This document shows positions 1 to 13,822 of a stretch of 64,000 bases of DNA, piece after piece. The DNA comes from Escherichia coli (lineage in GTDB: Bacteria > Pseudomonadota > Gammaproteobacteria > Enterobacterales > Enterobacteriaceae): NCBI RefSeq assembly GCF_003018235.1, contig NZ_CP027438.1, one strand, 5' to 3'. The notes beneath the pieces are model-generated. The model saw only the letters and a list, made by a program, of their open reading frames with translations. It was not told the origin of the DNA and made no database searches. Numbering within the stretch: the stretch's first letter is position 1; each line of letters starts with the position of its first letter. A program made the translations under genes and the position numbers.

Positions 1-81
1 GCGACCTCGTAATTTTCTCGTTCAAGACAGTTGCTTATATCTGAAATTATTTATTTGGGTGATTTATATAATTGATAAATA

Positions 82-870
82 TTAGATATCGGAACTTTCT
101 AATCGGATGCGTTTCTCTTTCTGTCTGGTGAGGAATTTTTTCGGTGTCAACCCATAATATAAATTAAACACCTTGATGAAGTGAGAAACACTTGATATTC
201 CTACCATACAAGATATTTTGCTCATTTGCAATTCATTTCTTAATATTAACATCGCTGCCTTTTTCATCCTCACTTCAAGAAGAATCTGGCAAAAACTGGT
301 ATTCTCGGCACTCAGTTTTTTACGTATAGATATTTCAGACAAGCAGATTTCTTTTGCAATAGTTGATAACTTCCATTTTTTAGATGTGTCAAGCTCAATA
401 ATCCTACGTATTCTGTCACTAAATAAATTTGTTGTTGATGTTATTAATGCGTCAAATATCCTTTGAGGATCTTGTCCTTTAGATAAAAAGCATGCTAATT
501 TATACAGTTTGAGCCTGTAGTTATTCGTTGATTTTATTGCTTTATATAACTCATTGGATAACTTATCTTTTTCTATTAAAAATATATAATTTTCTGTCTT
601 ATTTTTTTTTGTATGACCTAGGGATTTAAGCTTACCATCATAAAAAAATGGGGACATTATCTTAATTACATTATTAATATCGCCTTGGTTTAATTCGATG
701 CAATCATATGGGGCAGTAGTTAGCAATCTTCTCTTTTCTATAAGAAGAAAGCAATTGCTTTTAATAGTGATTGCTTTTATCCCATTGGTAATGCTTATAT
801 GACAGCCATTTGAATTTATCAAAATGTAGTCATTGGTATGGAGTTTTTTTCTTGTCTCTATCGTTTTCAT
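82..870 (-). CDS. AraC-family transcriptional regulator (Rns/AggR/PerA-like virulence regulator type)
   Basis: 262-aa ORF; C-terminal twin HTH region (KKWKLSTIAKEICLSEISIRKKL...ISCMVGISSVSHFIKVFNLYYGLTPKKF) typical of AraC/XylS activators of fimbrial and virulence operons; AT-rich; divergent from the Lnt-like gene at 979. Confidence 0.8.
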   Translation of the reverse strand: MKTIETRKKLHTNDYILINSNGCHISITNGIKAITIKSNCFLLIEKRRLLTTAPYDCIELNQGDINNVIKIMSPFFYDGKLKSLGHTKKNKTENYIFLIEKDKLSNELYKAIKSTNNYRLKLYKLACFLSKGQDPQRIFDALITSTTNLFSDRIRRIIELDTSKKWKLSTIAKEICLSEISIRKKLSAENTSFCQILLEVRMKKAAMLILRNELQMSKISCMVGISSVSHFIKVFNLYYGLTPKKFLTRQKEKRIRLESSDI

Positions 871-978
871 ATAAAAATATATATACCGATTTTATGATTC
901 TAGAATGCATTATTATACTTATATTTTCATCATGATATGTTATATTTTTCAATATTCGGCTACTCAAAGTGAAGTTTA

Positions 979-2445
979 TTGGTCCCTTTTTTGTTTCTTG
1001 TAGGAGGATATTTCAATTTATTAATTTCACTGGCTTTAGATACGTTGCTGATCAGTTCTTCAACATGGTTAAGTAAATCGGCTTTGTGTTTAATATCGAA
1101 GTTGGCTGTATTCCAAAATACAGCAAAGAACCTTGCGAAGAAGTTCGAGAGCTATATAGCCTTACATGAACGATTACCAATTCTGATAGGTCGCTTAGGC
1201 ATAACAATAAAATTATACGGAAAAATGATTATAGATTTCCTCATGATATTATATTTGTTTTTTTTGCTCAAGTATGTGACTAAAGGAAAATTTACCATCG
1301 CATTATTATTCTTGCTATTTTTTAATGTTTTATTTTTCGTCTTTATTTTTGATAATAGTTCTTGGGATGTTATTAAATCTAGTTATGGGATGGCACCATT
1401 TGCTTTGTCATCTATAATAAATGCGCAGGTTATACTAGTATTTTTTTTGCGCAATAAAGGCGCTTATAAAATTGGACTGTCATCTTTTATCCCTCCAATT
1501 TTGTTTTCTTTCTGGGACTTTAATTTTATCTTTCCCGCTCATCCGTTGATGACTTTATATCAATATGATATCTTTTATAAGTTTCTTCCCAGATTTCACA
1601 TAAATTTGATTAATGTAATTATATTATATACAATTCCGTTTTGTTTTTTGTTACCATTAAAAAGAATTATTTTAATTTTATTAATCGCATGTCTATCATT
1701 TTTTACTAACTGGAATTTATCTGAACATAAAAAATTAGGTATAAAAGTTCTTATTGTACAGACGGGGATGTATGCATCAACACATGGCAGAATGGCTGAC
1801 TTAAGGGATGAAGTTTTTAAGTACAGAGATGCTGACATTGTCATTTTTTCAGAATCACCAATTGTTGGATTTAAAGATGGTAGCCGGACTGCATTTAGCC
1901 GTGAATTTCTTGATGAGATAAAAAGAAAACGTGACGGGAAACTTTATATTCTTAATAGTTATGGGTTTATTGATGATGAAAGACACAATAACAATTTAAG
2001 CTTATATGTTTTAGATGGAAAAACCTTTGTTAAATATAAAAGTAAACTTGTACCTTTTTGGGAGACACCTGGTCTATTTTATAGAGATGTTGACTGGGAA
2101 TCACCATATTTTTCCATTCCATCCACAAATAACAATGATAAATATAAATTCAGAAATATATATATAAACTCATATATTTGTTATGAGGCAATGTTTGTTA
2201 ATCACTTCAACAAGTTAAGTGATTTAACAATAATACAATCAAATTATGAATCATTTAGTAAAGGTTATGATAGCGTAGTGAAGAATGGTAATGTTCTGGC
2301 TTATGTGAATAAATCATATAGTTTTAAAAATTTCATATCTGTGCAAAATATGGGGGGGACTATATTTGTCGATAGCTCAGGAAGGTTTCATTGGGATGTA
2401 TATAAAAAGTCCAAAGAAAAATCTGTATTTCTTTTGGAAATTTAA
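979..2445 (+). CDS. Lnt-like apolipoprotein N-acyltransferase homologue (AatD-like)
   Basis: 488 aa; very hydrophobic multi-TM N-terminal half, C-terminal nitrilase/CN-hydrolase-like half with ICYE motif (predicted catalytic Cys); plasmid-borne, AT-rich, beside an AraC regulator and upstream of Aat-like transporter genes. Confidence 0.6.
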   Translation: MVPFLFLVGGYFNLLISLALDTLLISSSTWLSKSALCLISKLAVFQNTAKNLAKKFESYIALHERLPILIGRLGITIKLYGKMIIDFLMILYLFFLLKYVTKGKFTIALLFLLFFNVLFFVFIFDNSSWDVIKSSYGMAPFALSSIINAQVILVFFLRNKGAYKIGLSSFIPPILFSFWDFNFIFPAHPLMTLYQYDIFYKFLPRFHINLINVIILYTIPFCFLLPLKRIILILLIACLSFFTNWNLSEHKKLGIKVLIVQTGMYASTHGRMADLRDEVFKYRDADIVIFSESPIVGFKDGSRTAFSREFLDEIKRKRDGKLYILNSYGFIDDERHNNNLSLYVLDGKTFVKYKSKLVPFWETPGLFYRDVDWESPYFSIPSTNNNDKYKFRNIYINSYICYEAMFVNHFNKLSDLTIIQSNYESFSKGYDSVVKNGNVLAYVNKSYSFKNFISVQNMGGTIFVDSSGRFHWDVYKKSKEKSVFLLEI

Positions 2446-2689
2446 TTTTACATTTAATCCAGATGAAAATATATATGTGGTGTGGAACAGGCTTCGGTTG
2501 TCGAATAATGATTATTATTTCACAAATTATGAGAGACTTAGGAAGTAATAGAGTCATACCTATAGTTATTGATAATGAGCAATCAAATGTGCTGACATTT
2601 GTAGCAACATGTTTATGGTTAGATTTTTATCAGAAATTACGAACAACGCTATAGATAACCTGTAAGTATCCTGCATAATTGTGGTATTC

Positions 2690-3800
2690 ATATTTAGAGA
2701 TCATACGGCATAATCAATCTATCAACGAAGGAGATCGCTATGCATAAACCTGTTGTACTGGGCATCAGATCATCGCTGTGATTAAGTCAGTTGAAGCCAG
2801 ACGAACCGCTAAAGATGTCTGCCGGAAGGTCGGTATCTCTGAAGCCACCTACTAAACAGATGTTTGCTGACCTGAGTCTGGAGAACCGGGCGCTGAAAGA
2901 CGTTATCGAAAAAAGCATTAAAACAAGCCTTTAAGCGTGAGCTGGTCACTCATCTGATAACGACATTCGGACTCAGTATCCGTCAGGCCTGCCGGAGTCT
3001 GAACCTGAGCAGAACGGTTTACCATTACCGCTGTCAACGCCACGATTTTGACCGTCCTGAAAGGTTAGATAAGCACGTTCTACACGGCCTTTTGCCTGAC
3101 TGGTTTCTGCGCACAGCAGTGTGATATTGAGGGAGCGCATGACCCTGGCAAACTGAGCTTCACCGGGACCGGTGGTAGCATGCTTATTGTTTACCCGGAA
3201 GACACTGGCTTTGTCGCTGTAGAGGAACATGGGCTTACCATGTTTTCCGATATAGCTACGGGTCGCTTCAAAATAGGTAAATGTGGATTCAGATTTCACA
3301 AACAGCAAGTGCATCAGGCGACTGGTGGCATCGTCAACATAGACAAGAGCTGTACAGGGTCGACCCCGGTTTTCAAACCAGTGGTGGTCACAGCCATCAA
3401 TTTGTATCAGCTCGCCAGCACAAGGCCGCGGTAATGAGGCTGATGAATTTTAGGTGCGCGCTGTCCGCGTGGGGCCAAAATCACGGTATTGCTCCCTGAT
3501 TATACTGAGTGCCTGATCTGTCAGTGACGCTGGCAACAGACGGTTACCAGTGCGGCCACGACTCTGGTTGTTCATGCCAAGCGGTCCGAGTTGACGATGG
3601 CGTTTCAGCAGTCGGCTGCAATGACGTGGTGTAATGCCGAGCATCTCCGCAGCCTGGCCAGGACGCAGATTGCGATCGATGACATCCTGAAGGATTTTGA
3701 GGCGGTTGATTTCTTTCACGTTAAACATCCCGGCGTCATGTATAGCCATAGAAAACTCCTCATCAGGAAAAGTGAGTCGTTGTCTAGACATACAGATCTG
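2690..3800 (-). mobile_element. IS debris: frameshifted rve-domain transposase (ORFs 3450..3791 and 2973..3314, minus) plus short IS3-family fragment on plus strand
   Basis: HTH N-terminus (MSRQRLTFPDEEF...GITPRHCSRLLKRHRQLG) and DDE/rve-like C-part in different frames; no intact ORF. Confidence 0.45.
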
Positions 3801-3977
3801 AGAACTATCGCCTGGACATCCCTAATTGGGTAATTGGAGCCACAAAAGACATTAGCAGTGAGCCTCTACAATCTTGATGCGCACAATCTATCTTATGTTA
3901 AATCTAGACAAAATAACGTCTAAAAGCGATACCTTATACAAATAACAACACTAAATTTTTACGCCAGTAGCCCGAAC

Positions 3978-5224
3978 TAGACTGGCCCCCTGAATCTCCA
4001 GACAACCAGTATCACTTAAATAAGTGATAGTCTTAATACTAGTTTTTAGACTAGTCATTGGAGAACAGATGATTGATGTATTAGGGTCGGAGAAACGCAG
4101 ACGGCGTACCACACAGGAAAAGATCGCTATTGTGTCAGCGCCAGTGATATAAGACGGTAATTCACCATTTGGATTGTCCGCTCCACCCAACATGTTGTTT
4201 CCTTAAGGTTCTCACACCAGGAAGGAAGTCTTACTGCTGTGGCCGCCGGAGAACAGGTTGTTCCTGCCTCTGAACTTGCTGCCGCCATGAAGCAGATTAA
4301 AGAACTCCAGCGCCTGCTCGGCAAGAAAACGATGGAAAATGAATTCCTCAAAGAAGCCGTTGAATATGGACGGGCAAAAAAGTGGATAGCGCATGCGCCC
4401 TTATTGCACGGGGATGGGGAGTAAGCTTCGTCAGCCGTTGTCTCCGGGTGTCGCATGCGCAGTTGCACGTCATTCTCAGACAAACCGATGACTGGAAGGA
4501 TGGCCGCCGCAGTCGTTATACTGATGATACGGATCCATGTTATCGGAGAGCTGCCCACGTATGGTTATCGTCGGGTATGGGCGCTGCTTCGCAGACAGGC
4601 AGAATTTGATGGTATGCCTGCGATCAATGCCAAACGTGTTTACCGGATCATGCACCAGAATGCGGAAAAACCTGCTGTACCGCCATCGAAACGGGCACAT
4701 ACAGGCAGAGTGGCCGTTAAAGAAAGCAATCAGCGATGGTGCTCTGACGGGTTCGAGTTCTGCTGTGATCGTGAGGCACTGCACTGGGCGGTGACTACCG
4801 GCGGCTTCAACAGTGAAACAGTACAGGACGTCATGTTGGGAGCGGTGGAACGCCGTTTCGGCAACGATCTTCCGTCGTCTCCAGTGGAGTGGCTGACGGA
4901 TAATGGTTCATGCTACCGGGCTAATGAAACACGCCAGTTCGCCCGGATGTTGGGACTTGAACCGAAGAACACGGCGGTGCGGAGTCCGGAGAGTAACGGA
5001 ATAGCAGAGAGCTTCGTGAAAACGATAAAGCGTGACTACATCAGTATCATGCCCAAACCAGACGGGTTAACGGCAGCAAAGAACCTTGCAGAGGCGTTCG
5101 AGCATTATAACGAATGGCATCCGCATAGTGCGCTGGGTTATCGCTCGCCACGGGAATATCTGCGGCAGCGGGTCTGTAATGGGGTAAGTGATAACAGATG
5201 TCTGGAAATATAGGGGCAAATCCA
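3978..5224 (+). mobile_element. IS2 (defective: insC region scrambled) flanked by 5-bp direct repeat CGAAC
   Basis: Ends TAGACTGGCCCCCTGAATCTCC ... GGAAATATAGGGGCAAATCCA; InsC C-terminus (ORF 4239..4424) and InsD-like ORF 4455..5213 recognisable; CGAAC at 3973-3977 and 5225-5229; element about 84 bp shorter than canonical 1331 bp. Confidence 0.85.
4455..5213 (+). CDS. insD: IS2 transposase InsD (OrfB)
   Basis: 252-aa ORF with IS2 InsD sequence ([20 protein letters not shown]...[28 protein letters not shown]...[12 protein letters not shown]). Confidence 0.8.
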   Translation: MRSCTSFSDKPMTGRMAAAVVILMIRIHVIGELPTYGYRRVWALLRRQAEFDGMPAINAKRVYRIMHQNAEKPAVPPSKRAHTGRVAVKESNQRWCSDGFEFCCDREALHWAVTTGGFNSETVQDVMLGAVERRFGNDLPSSPVEWLTDNGSCYRANETRQFARMLGLEPKNTAVRSPESNGIAESFVKTIKRDYISIMPKPDGLTAAKNLAEAFEHYNEWHPHSALGYRSPREYLRQRVCNGVSDNRCLEI

Positions 5225-5764
5225 CGAACCCAAAGTGGGTTATGTACAGATGAAGGCTGACAGTGTCATATACAGTCACGTGCTATTATTGGTTGGGCTA
5301 TGTTGCCATGTCTGGAGGCGTTATGTCCCCCACAGGGCATTATCGTTCGCTTAGCATAGTTCAATATTACAAATGGTAGAATCACTTTTTAAATAACATC
5401 CTATATATGCAGAGCTGCTGCACTATAACTTTGGTATCATCTATGGGGTAAGTGTAAAATATCAATAATGGCTCAAGTTACTTTCGTTATTATGTAAGGT
5501 ATATATTCATGCATATTTATACGGTAGCCTATTATGTAGAGGATATACAATAGCTATGGTTTATTTTCCTTTGCTAGGATTTGTATGATTTTTTACTCAT
5601 TTACAGCATTGACATCAGTAGACTGTGATTCTAGGTGTGTAACCCGAAGATGTTATTTTTTATATCTAGTCAGTATACAGCCAAATAGAGTGCAGGTGTT
5701 TTTTGTTGCTATAAAAATCGTTGGAATAATTAAATGGTATTATCAATGAACCATCAGCAATAAT

Positions 5765-6892
5765 ATGTATATATATATAGTTGAAGCAATATTAAATCTC
5801 AAAGAAAACATCAAATACACATTAACATTTATATTATTTTTATCACTTAGTTTTCTTGGAGTTATTATTACAGATTCTTTAATTTATAGCGTATCAATAC
5901 AGGCTGAAAAAGAATTAAAGTCTAATGGAAACAATATTATGTCTATTGATTTACATACCCCTACATCAGCAGATAGGATAAAGAAAGTATTAAGTAAATG
6001 TTGTACAGAGCTATCTTTTTCACAACATTCTTTTCTGAATGGAGGGAAATCACCTTATTCCAGTGACGGATTGCCCGTAATAGCTGTAGATAAAAAAGGG
6101 ATTAGTCTTATTATGGATGAAAAAATTGGAAAAAAATTCGAAGGTAATGTGGCGGTTTACAATAATAATAAACAAACAGAGTCAATTAATCCAGAATCTA
6201 TATTCCTAAATGGCTTGCCTTTTCAAATTATTGGCATAAAGAATAAATCCAAAACAGAGTTTCTTGATAGTCTTGGGTTATCCACGAACAGTTCAAACGA
6301 GAAATATTATATCCCTCTAGAGACTCTGTTTAGGTTTAATCTATCTAATGAGATCGATAATGTAAAAATAATAATGAATAGAGATGTAACCTCTGACATG
6401 ATAACAATGATAGAACATACACTAAATGAAAACAATATAAATAGATACACAATAACGACATCTTTAGATGCAAGAGAAATTGTGGATAAGGTATTAAACA
6501 GATTCTCTATTCTTACAAATTCAATATATATATTATTAACTACTACAGCTATTTTTAGTAGCATAACTGTATGTAAAAGAAATTTCTTTTCCAGAACAAC
6601 AGAGTACTCATTAAAATTAATACATGGTATATCTTATAGCTCTATAAGAACAATATTAATAATAGAGACCATTTTTACTGTTGCTGTAAGTCTATTATTT
6701 TCCATTCTAATTTCGGCATTAACAATAATATCAATGTCGGGATTGCTATCTATTGATATAAGCATAAGATGGTTTATGATAATAATATCTTTAACTATTG
6801 TACTATTAACTTGTTTTAGTGCTAACTTCTATTACAGCAATAAGACCTTTAAAATAAACCCTATCGAGCTAATAAGATTAAGAGCAAAATGA
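5765..6892 (+). CDS. ABC transporter permease, FtsX/MacB-type (AatP-like)
   Basis: 375 aa; N-terminal TM, large periplasmic domain, C-terminal cluster of TM helices; first gene of a 4-gene AT-rich operon. Confidence 0.65.
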   Translation: MYIYIVEAILNLKENIKYTLTFILFLSLSFLGVIITDSLIYSVSIQAEKELKSNGNNIMSIDLHTPTSADRIKKVLSKCCTELSFSQHSFLNGGKSPYSSDGLPVIAVDKKGISLIMDEKIGKKFEGNVAVYNNNKQTESINPESIFLNGLPFQIIGIKNKSKTEFLDSLGLSTNSSNEKYYIPLETLFRFNLSNEIDNVKIIMNRDVTSDMITMIEHTLNENNINRYTITTSLDAREIVDKVLNRFSILTNSIYILLTTTAIFSSITVCKRNFFSRTTEYSLKLIHGISYSSIRTILIIETIFTVAVSLLFSILISALTIISMSGLLSIDISIRWFMIIISLTIVLLTCFSANFYYSNKTFKINPIELIRLRAK

Positions 6893-8100
6893 AATATTTC
6901 AAAAATTTGTCACTCATAGTCTTTGTTAATTTTTGCTTTTGTAGTAATGCCTTGTCCTCATGCAGTCTTGATGTATATTTGATGAAATCGAAAACATATA
7001 GATCATTCAATATAGAGCAAGAAGAAACAAGCATACAAAATAAGCATTTTTCTTCGTCGTATTTACCAAGTATATCTGTAGGAATGGGGCAATATATTAA
7101 TAATGACAAAGGGTTCGTAGACCTTGGAAAGACTTCTTTTTATATTTCAGCGTCACAACTTATCTTTTCAGGTGAAAGTTTAGGATATAATAATAAAAAA
7201 AATGAAATTGATGATAATAGAAGGCATATTTCATTCGAAAAAGAAAAAAATGATATGTTACTGAAAATATATGAAGATACAATACAACATAAATATTTAA
7301 GTGAAAATATAAAACTAACATTAAATCAACTAAATAAAGTTCAGGCTGAGTATCAAAAATCACTATTGGATTTAAAGTCTGGTAATATACCATCACTAGA
7401 AGTAGATGTTAAGTCATTAAATGTTTCAAAAATGAAAAATACTCTTAATACACTTTACGATGACTTAAAATTACTTGAGGAAAAATTTATTGCTGATTAT
7501 TCAATACCTCCTGAAAATATATCTAAAATTACTGACAGTGATATTATATCATGTAAGTCAATGGGATATCGCGAGCTGCTCGAAACAAACAAACAGAATA
7601 AACTACAACAAGCAGATGTTGAACTTGATATCAATAAGTCGGCACTACTTCCGTCTGTATATTTATCTGTTGGGTTGACACCAAAAAATGAGGGAACACT
7701 CAGAGACTTGAATCTTCGGACAATGAACTATAATGGTGGGATAAGTGTTAGCATTCCATTAACGAATATTTTTAATTCTTTCGCTAACCAAGAAAAATTT
7801 GCACTTAGTGTTACTAAAGCTAATCTGGAGTCAGACGATGAGAAAAAAAAACTGCTTATAATGAAGAAGAATATTCTTAATAAATACTCGAACATTAAAA
7901 ATGACATACCCATTTTGGAAAAAGAAGTTGAATTAAAAAGAAAAAAAATAGAATACCTGCAGTGGATGGTAAAAGATAAAAAAGAAAATGTGCTTTCATA
8001 CCTTAACTCACAGGATGAATTATATGACTCAACAATTAAACTTAACAAATATAAGCGCGATCTCAAATATTACAAGCTTTATCTTGATTTTATTAATTAA
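6889..8100 (+). CDS. TolC-like outer membrane efflux protein (AatA-like)
   Basis: 403 aa; signal peptide (MKYFKNLSLIVFVNFCFCSNALS), coiled-coil-rich sequence typical of OEP family; start overlaps permease stop (ATGA). Confidence 0.6.
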   Translation: MKYFKNLSLIVFVNFCFCSNALSSCSLDVYLMKSKTYRSFNIEQEETSIQNKHFSSSYLPSISVGMGQYINNDKGFVDLGKTSFYISASQLIFSGESLGYNNKKNEIDDNRRHISFEKEKNDMLLKIYEDTIQHKYLSENIKLTLNQLNKVQAEYQKSLLDLKSGNIPSLEVDVKSLNVSKMKNTLNTLYDDLKLLEEKFIADYSIPPENISKITDSDIISCKSMGYRELLETNKQNKLQQADVELDINKSALLPSVYLSVGLTPKNEGTLRDLNLRTMNYNGGISVSIPLTNIFNSFANQEKFALSVTKANLESDDEKKKLLIMKKNILNKYSNIKNDIPILEKEVELKRKKIEYLQWMVKDKKENVLSYLNSQDELYDSTIKLNKYKRDLKYYKLYLDFIN

Positions 8101-8836
8101 TTTATTTCCATGTGCCTTGCATGCCGAAGTCTATTATGGCATTTTAAGAGGAAGTGAGTCTATTTTATACAAAAGTCCATATTCCGGATTTATTGATATA
8201 AATAATTTAAAAGAAGGTGATATCCTAGAAAATGAAAATATTTTCACCATTCATAATTATGAGTATGACAATAAGAAAAAAATTCTTTCATTACAGATAA
8301 AAAAAGAAGAAAAGCAGAGGAAAAGATTAAAAAGGCAATTGAAAGACTCTTTTTTGGCCTATCAAAATGGATTTTTGTCCCATAATGACTTGGCTAATTA
8401 TGAAGACAAATTGGATGATATAGAGCTTTCATTGATAGGTTTACGTTCTGATTTAAATACTTTGGATAATGTATTGCAGTTAGGTAAAGTGAATATAGAT
8501 AGACCTTTTATTGTAAGAGATATTGGTGTTACAAATCGACAATATGTTAATTCTGGAGATTCATTAATAAACATTGAATTATTAGATAATTTCTTCGTTG
8601 ATATAAAAATTGATCCAGTTGTGTTTAAAGGTAATATAAAGAATAAAAACGTAAATTATGTGTCCATGGTTGGGAACGTAACTGGAAAGGCTTCTGTTGT
8701 AAGAATCTCTAGTGTCATTGATAACGCAGGTTCTAAAGCATCAGGAATGAGGATGGTCACTCTACTCATACATGGCGAGAGAAACACTCTGCAGTCTCTA
8801 TTAGACACAGCATTTAAGATTGAATTTAATGATTAG
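8024..8836 (+). CDS. periplasmic adaptor-like protein (AatB-like); start uncertain
   Basis: ORF 7988..8836 overlaps 3' end of the OMP gene; first ATG followed by a TM/signal segment (ISAISNITSFILILLINLFPCALHA) at 8024. Confidence 0.5.
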   Translation: MTQQLNLTNISAISNITSFILILLINLFPCALHAEVYYGILRGSESILYKSPYSGFIDINNLKEGDILENENIFTIHNYEYDNKKKILSLQIKKEEKQRKRLKRQLKDSFLAYQNGFLSHNDLANYEDKLDDIELSLIGLRSDLNTLDNVLQLGKVNIDRPFIVRDIGVTNRQYVNSGDSLINIELLDNFFVDIKIDPVVFKGNIKNKNVNYVSMVGNVTGKASVVRISSVIDNAGSKASGMRMVTLLIHGERNTLQSLLDTAFKIEFND

Positions 8837-9458
8837 CTTATATATAAACAAAAAAGAATTCAGAGATAAGACAATACTCTCTGACACATGCATTGAGATT
8901 ATTGAAGGCGGTTTTTATGTAATAACCGGTCCCTCGGGTGTCGGTAAAAGTTCATTGCTTAATATAATTGGTTTATTAGATGGAGATTTTGATGGAAACT
9001 ATATTTTCTATGATAAAAAGATAAGTTTCAGTAACTACAATAGTACGCAAGAGCTAAGGAGGTTGTATTTTGGATATATATTCCAAGACTCATTGATTAA
9101 TGAGAGGCAAGATCTTATTCGTAATATTCTTTGTTCTGTTGATTATTCCCTGCAGAACAACAGGAGGCATCTTGTTAATCATTTTTTGTCAGTTGTTGGA
9201 TTATCTTCAAGGACAGAGAGTGCTTCTGTTTTATCAGGGGGGGAAAAACAAAGGCTCGCTCTAGCTAGAGCACTAATAAAAAAACCCAAAATATTATTAG
9301 CAGATGAGCCAACGGCTAGTCTTGACAGAGAAAATAAAGAAAAAATAATGGATATATTCAAAAAATTCACTAATGAAGGAGGTACTGTAGTAATGGTGAC
9401 TCATGATTTGGAATTAATAGATGAAAAAATTCAAGTAATAAGACTTAATAATCATTAA
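8820..9458 (+). CDS. ABC transporter ATP-binding protein (AatC-like)
   Basis: 212 aa; Walker A GPSGVGKSS, ABC signature LSGGEKQR, Walker B LLADEP. Confidence 0.8.
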   Translation: MNLMISLYINKKEFRDKTILSDTCIEIIEGGFYVITGPSGVGKSSLLNIIGLLDGDFDGNYIFYDKKISFSNYNSTQELRRLYFGYIFQDSLINERQDLIRNILCSVDYSLQNNRRHLVNHFLSVVGLSSRTESASVLSGGEKQRLALARALIKKPKILLADEPTASLDRENKEKIMDIFKKFTNEGGTVVMVTHDLELIDEKIQVIRLNNH

Positions 9459-9479
9459 GAATCGATAAGCTATTTTTAT

Positions 9480-9754
9480 CATCGGGCGGCACTGTAAGCC
9501 AGCGATAAATACGCAACGAAACGTACCATGCTGACAGATATCTTTAACAGTAACTACCAGTATTATGGCTATCGTCGCCTGCATGCGATGCTCAGATATG
9601 AGGGGCTATGATTCTCAGAAAAATCTGAACGCAGACTTATGGTTACACGCCCCGACGCTGAACATGGTCAACACCATGTTGGATAACGCTGTCGAAACGT
9701 TAAATACAGACGACTGACTGATGATACACAGCGATAATATTAGATTTACTAAGG
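9480..9754 (+). mobile_element. IS3-family transposase OrfB fragment (remnant)
   Basis: Translation contains YGYRRLHAMLRYEGL-type OrfB N-region motif; no intact ORF. Confidence 0.35.
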
Positions 9755-12198
<2,444 letters not shown>

Positions 12199-12209
<11 letters not shown>

Positions 12210-13011
12210 CTACATGCAGGCCTACCGAGCATCCGGTCTTTTGCCCGACATGGCGAACAATAACGCGGTGCATGTTAACGAAAAAATCATACCGAATGTG
12301 GCCGCCGGTCTGATAAAAGTTAAACCCCTGGCAGAGCGTTTCACCGGAGAAGGCGCTATTAAGTTCGTCGACGCATCTCAGGAAAAATATGATGTAATCA
12401 TAACCTGTACAGGCTATGAAATGCCTGATTACTTGTTCATTCAGGGATTTGACAGAACACAGCTCTATGAGCACTTTTTCTGGACAGAGGACCCTTCTCT
12501 GGCCGTCATTAATCCCCCGGTGGATACCGCCGGTTTCGGGGCTGCGTTTCCCTATTTTGATATCATCAGCCAGTGGGTAATGAACGTATTCTCCGGGAAG
12601 ACTTCCCTTCCGGAAAAAGAAGCTATGCGCAAATGGTGTGCTGAGCACATGGCTTCACTTCATGTTAAGCGATTTTATGACAGCTGGCTGGAAACCATCC
12701 GGATTGGGTTGCTGTCAGGTCTTCTCCCGGACCCGGCCCGCGACTTTTCCCGATACTGGAACATCATCAGCAGTATGGTCAAACCTGCCTATCTGGCCAC
12801 TCCTCCCGCATTTCCGGAGCATGGTATGATGGACAGCCTGTTTGATTTCCGGATCGCCAAAATACGCATACTGTCAGGGCTGGGAAACGATGCTCTCGGT
12901 TATTTACTGAAAAAAGGTGATATCACTGACGCAGAATACCGGGCGGCCCTGGAAATCGATCCCCGGCAGTCGATTTCTGTACACCTGCCGTATTCACAGA
13001 CCTACCTCTGA
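12199..13011 (+). CDS. flavin-dependent monooxygenase-like protein, probably a C-terminal fragment
   Basis: 270-aa ORF with ITCTGY motif typical of FMO/N-hydroxylase C-terminal regions; no N-terminal FAD-binding fingerprint seen. Confidence 0.3.
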
Positions 13012-13016
13012 TAAAA

Positions 13017-13050
13017 AGGGCCAGTAACGGCCCTTTTCTTTTTCATAATA
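13017..13050. terminator. bidirectional rho-independent terminator between convergent genes
   Basis: AAAAGGGCC-agtaac-GGCCCTTTTCTTTTT hairpin with flanking T/A runs. Confidence 0.55.
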
Positions 13051-13525
13051 TTCTGAGCAGTCTTGCCGGGTTTCCTGCATAAATGCCTTTGTTCTCAATC
13101 GGTTTTACCACAACTGAACCCGCACCAATAACAGTTCCGCTGCATATATACGGAGACAGAATAATGGCTCCACTGCCAACAGTAACCGAATCCCCCAGGG
13201 TAATGCTGATCCAGTTATCCGGTGACGGATCTGGTGCTCCTGAACGAAACAGATCGTTGGCGAACGTCACGTTATGACCAATGAAGCAGTTCTCCCCCAG
13301 TGTTACGTTCTCACAAATAAACGTGTGCGACTGTATCCGGCTTCCACTACCAATGACACAGCCTTTCTGTATCTCAACGAAGGGGCCGACAAACACGTTG
13401 TCCCTGAGTTCACATTCATAAATGTTGACCGGTTTGACAATACGGACATTGGTCCCATAAATCACATCCCGGACAGCACATTCCATAAATTTCATACTCA
13501 CACGTCCTTTAAATACAGATGACAC
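13043..13525 (-). CDS. hexapeptide-repeat (LbH) acetyltransferase
   Basis: 160 aa; repeated [LIV]-G-x4 hexapeptide pattern (IGHNVTFAN, LGDSVTVGSGAIIL, VIGAGSVVV). Confidence 0.65.
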   Translation of the reverse strand: MSSVFKGRVSMKFMECAVRDVIYGTNVRIVKPVNIYECELRDNVFVGPFVEIQKGCVIGSGSRIQSHTFICENVTLGENCFIGHNVTFANDLFRSGAPDPSPDNWISITLGDSVTVGSGAIILSPYICSGTVIGAGSVVVKPIENKGIYAGNPARLLRIL

Positions 13526-13822
13526 TTGCCGGAATTATACAGCCCAGATTCACTTGCCATGTTTCAGAATAGCTTATAAGCCGCACTTTTACCGATACTC
13601 AGCAACAAATCAGGTCTGGATCCACTTCAGCCGGAAACCGGATCTGCGCGGCAGAAAAGACGCAAATAATATGATAATAAACAATACACATAAAATCATA
13701 TCAGATATGATTTTCATCATTAATTATGAAACCATATCTGATATTATTAATAATCAATAACACACAAATCATTCAGGATATGATTTTTACCTGTCAGAAC
13801 ATTATCAGATGGAGCGTGCAGG

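Noticed and set aside
218-466. 82-aa plus-strand ORF inside the AraC regulator gene
   Set aside because: Antisense to a well-supported CDS; low-complexity AT-rich translation
1596-1844. 82-aa minus-strand ORF inside the Lnt-like gene
   Set aside because: Antisense to a well-supported CDS
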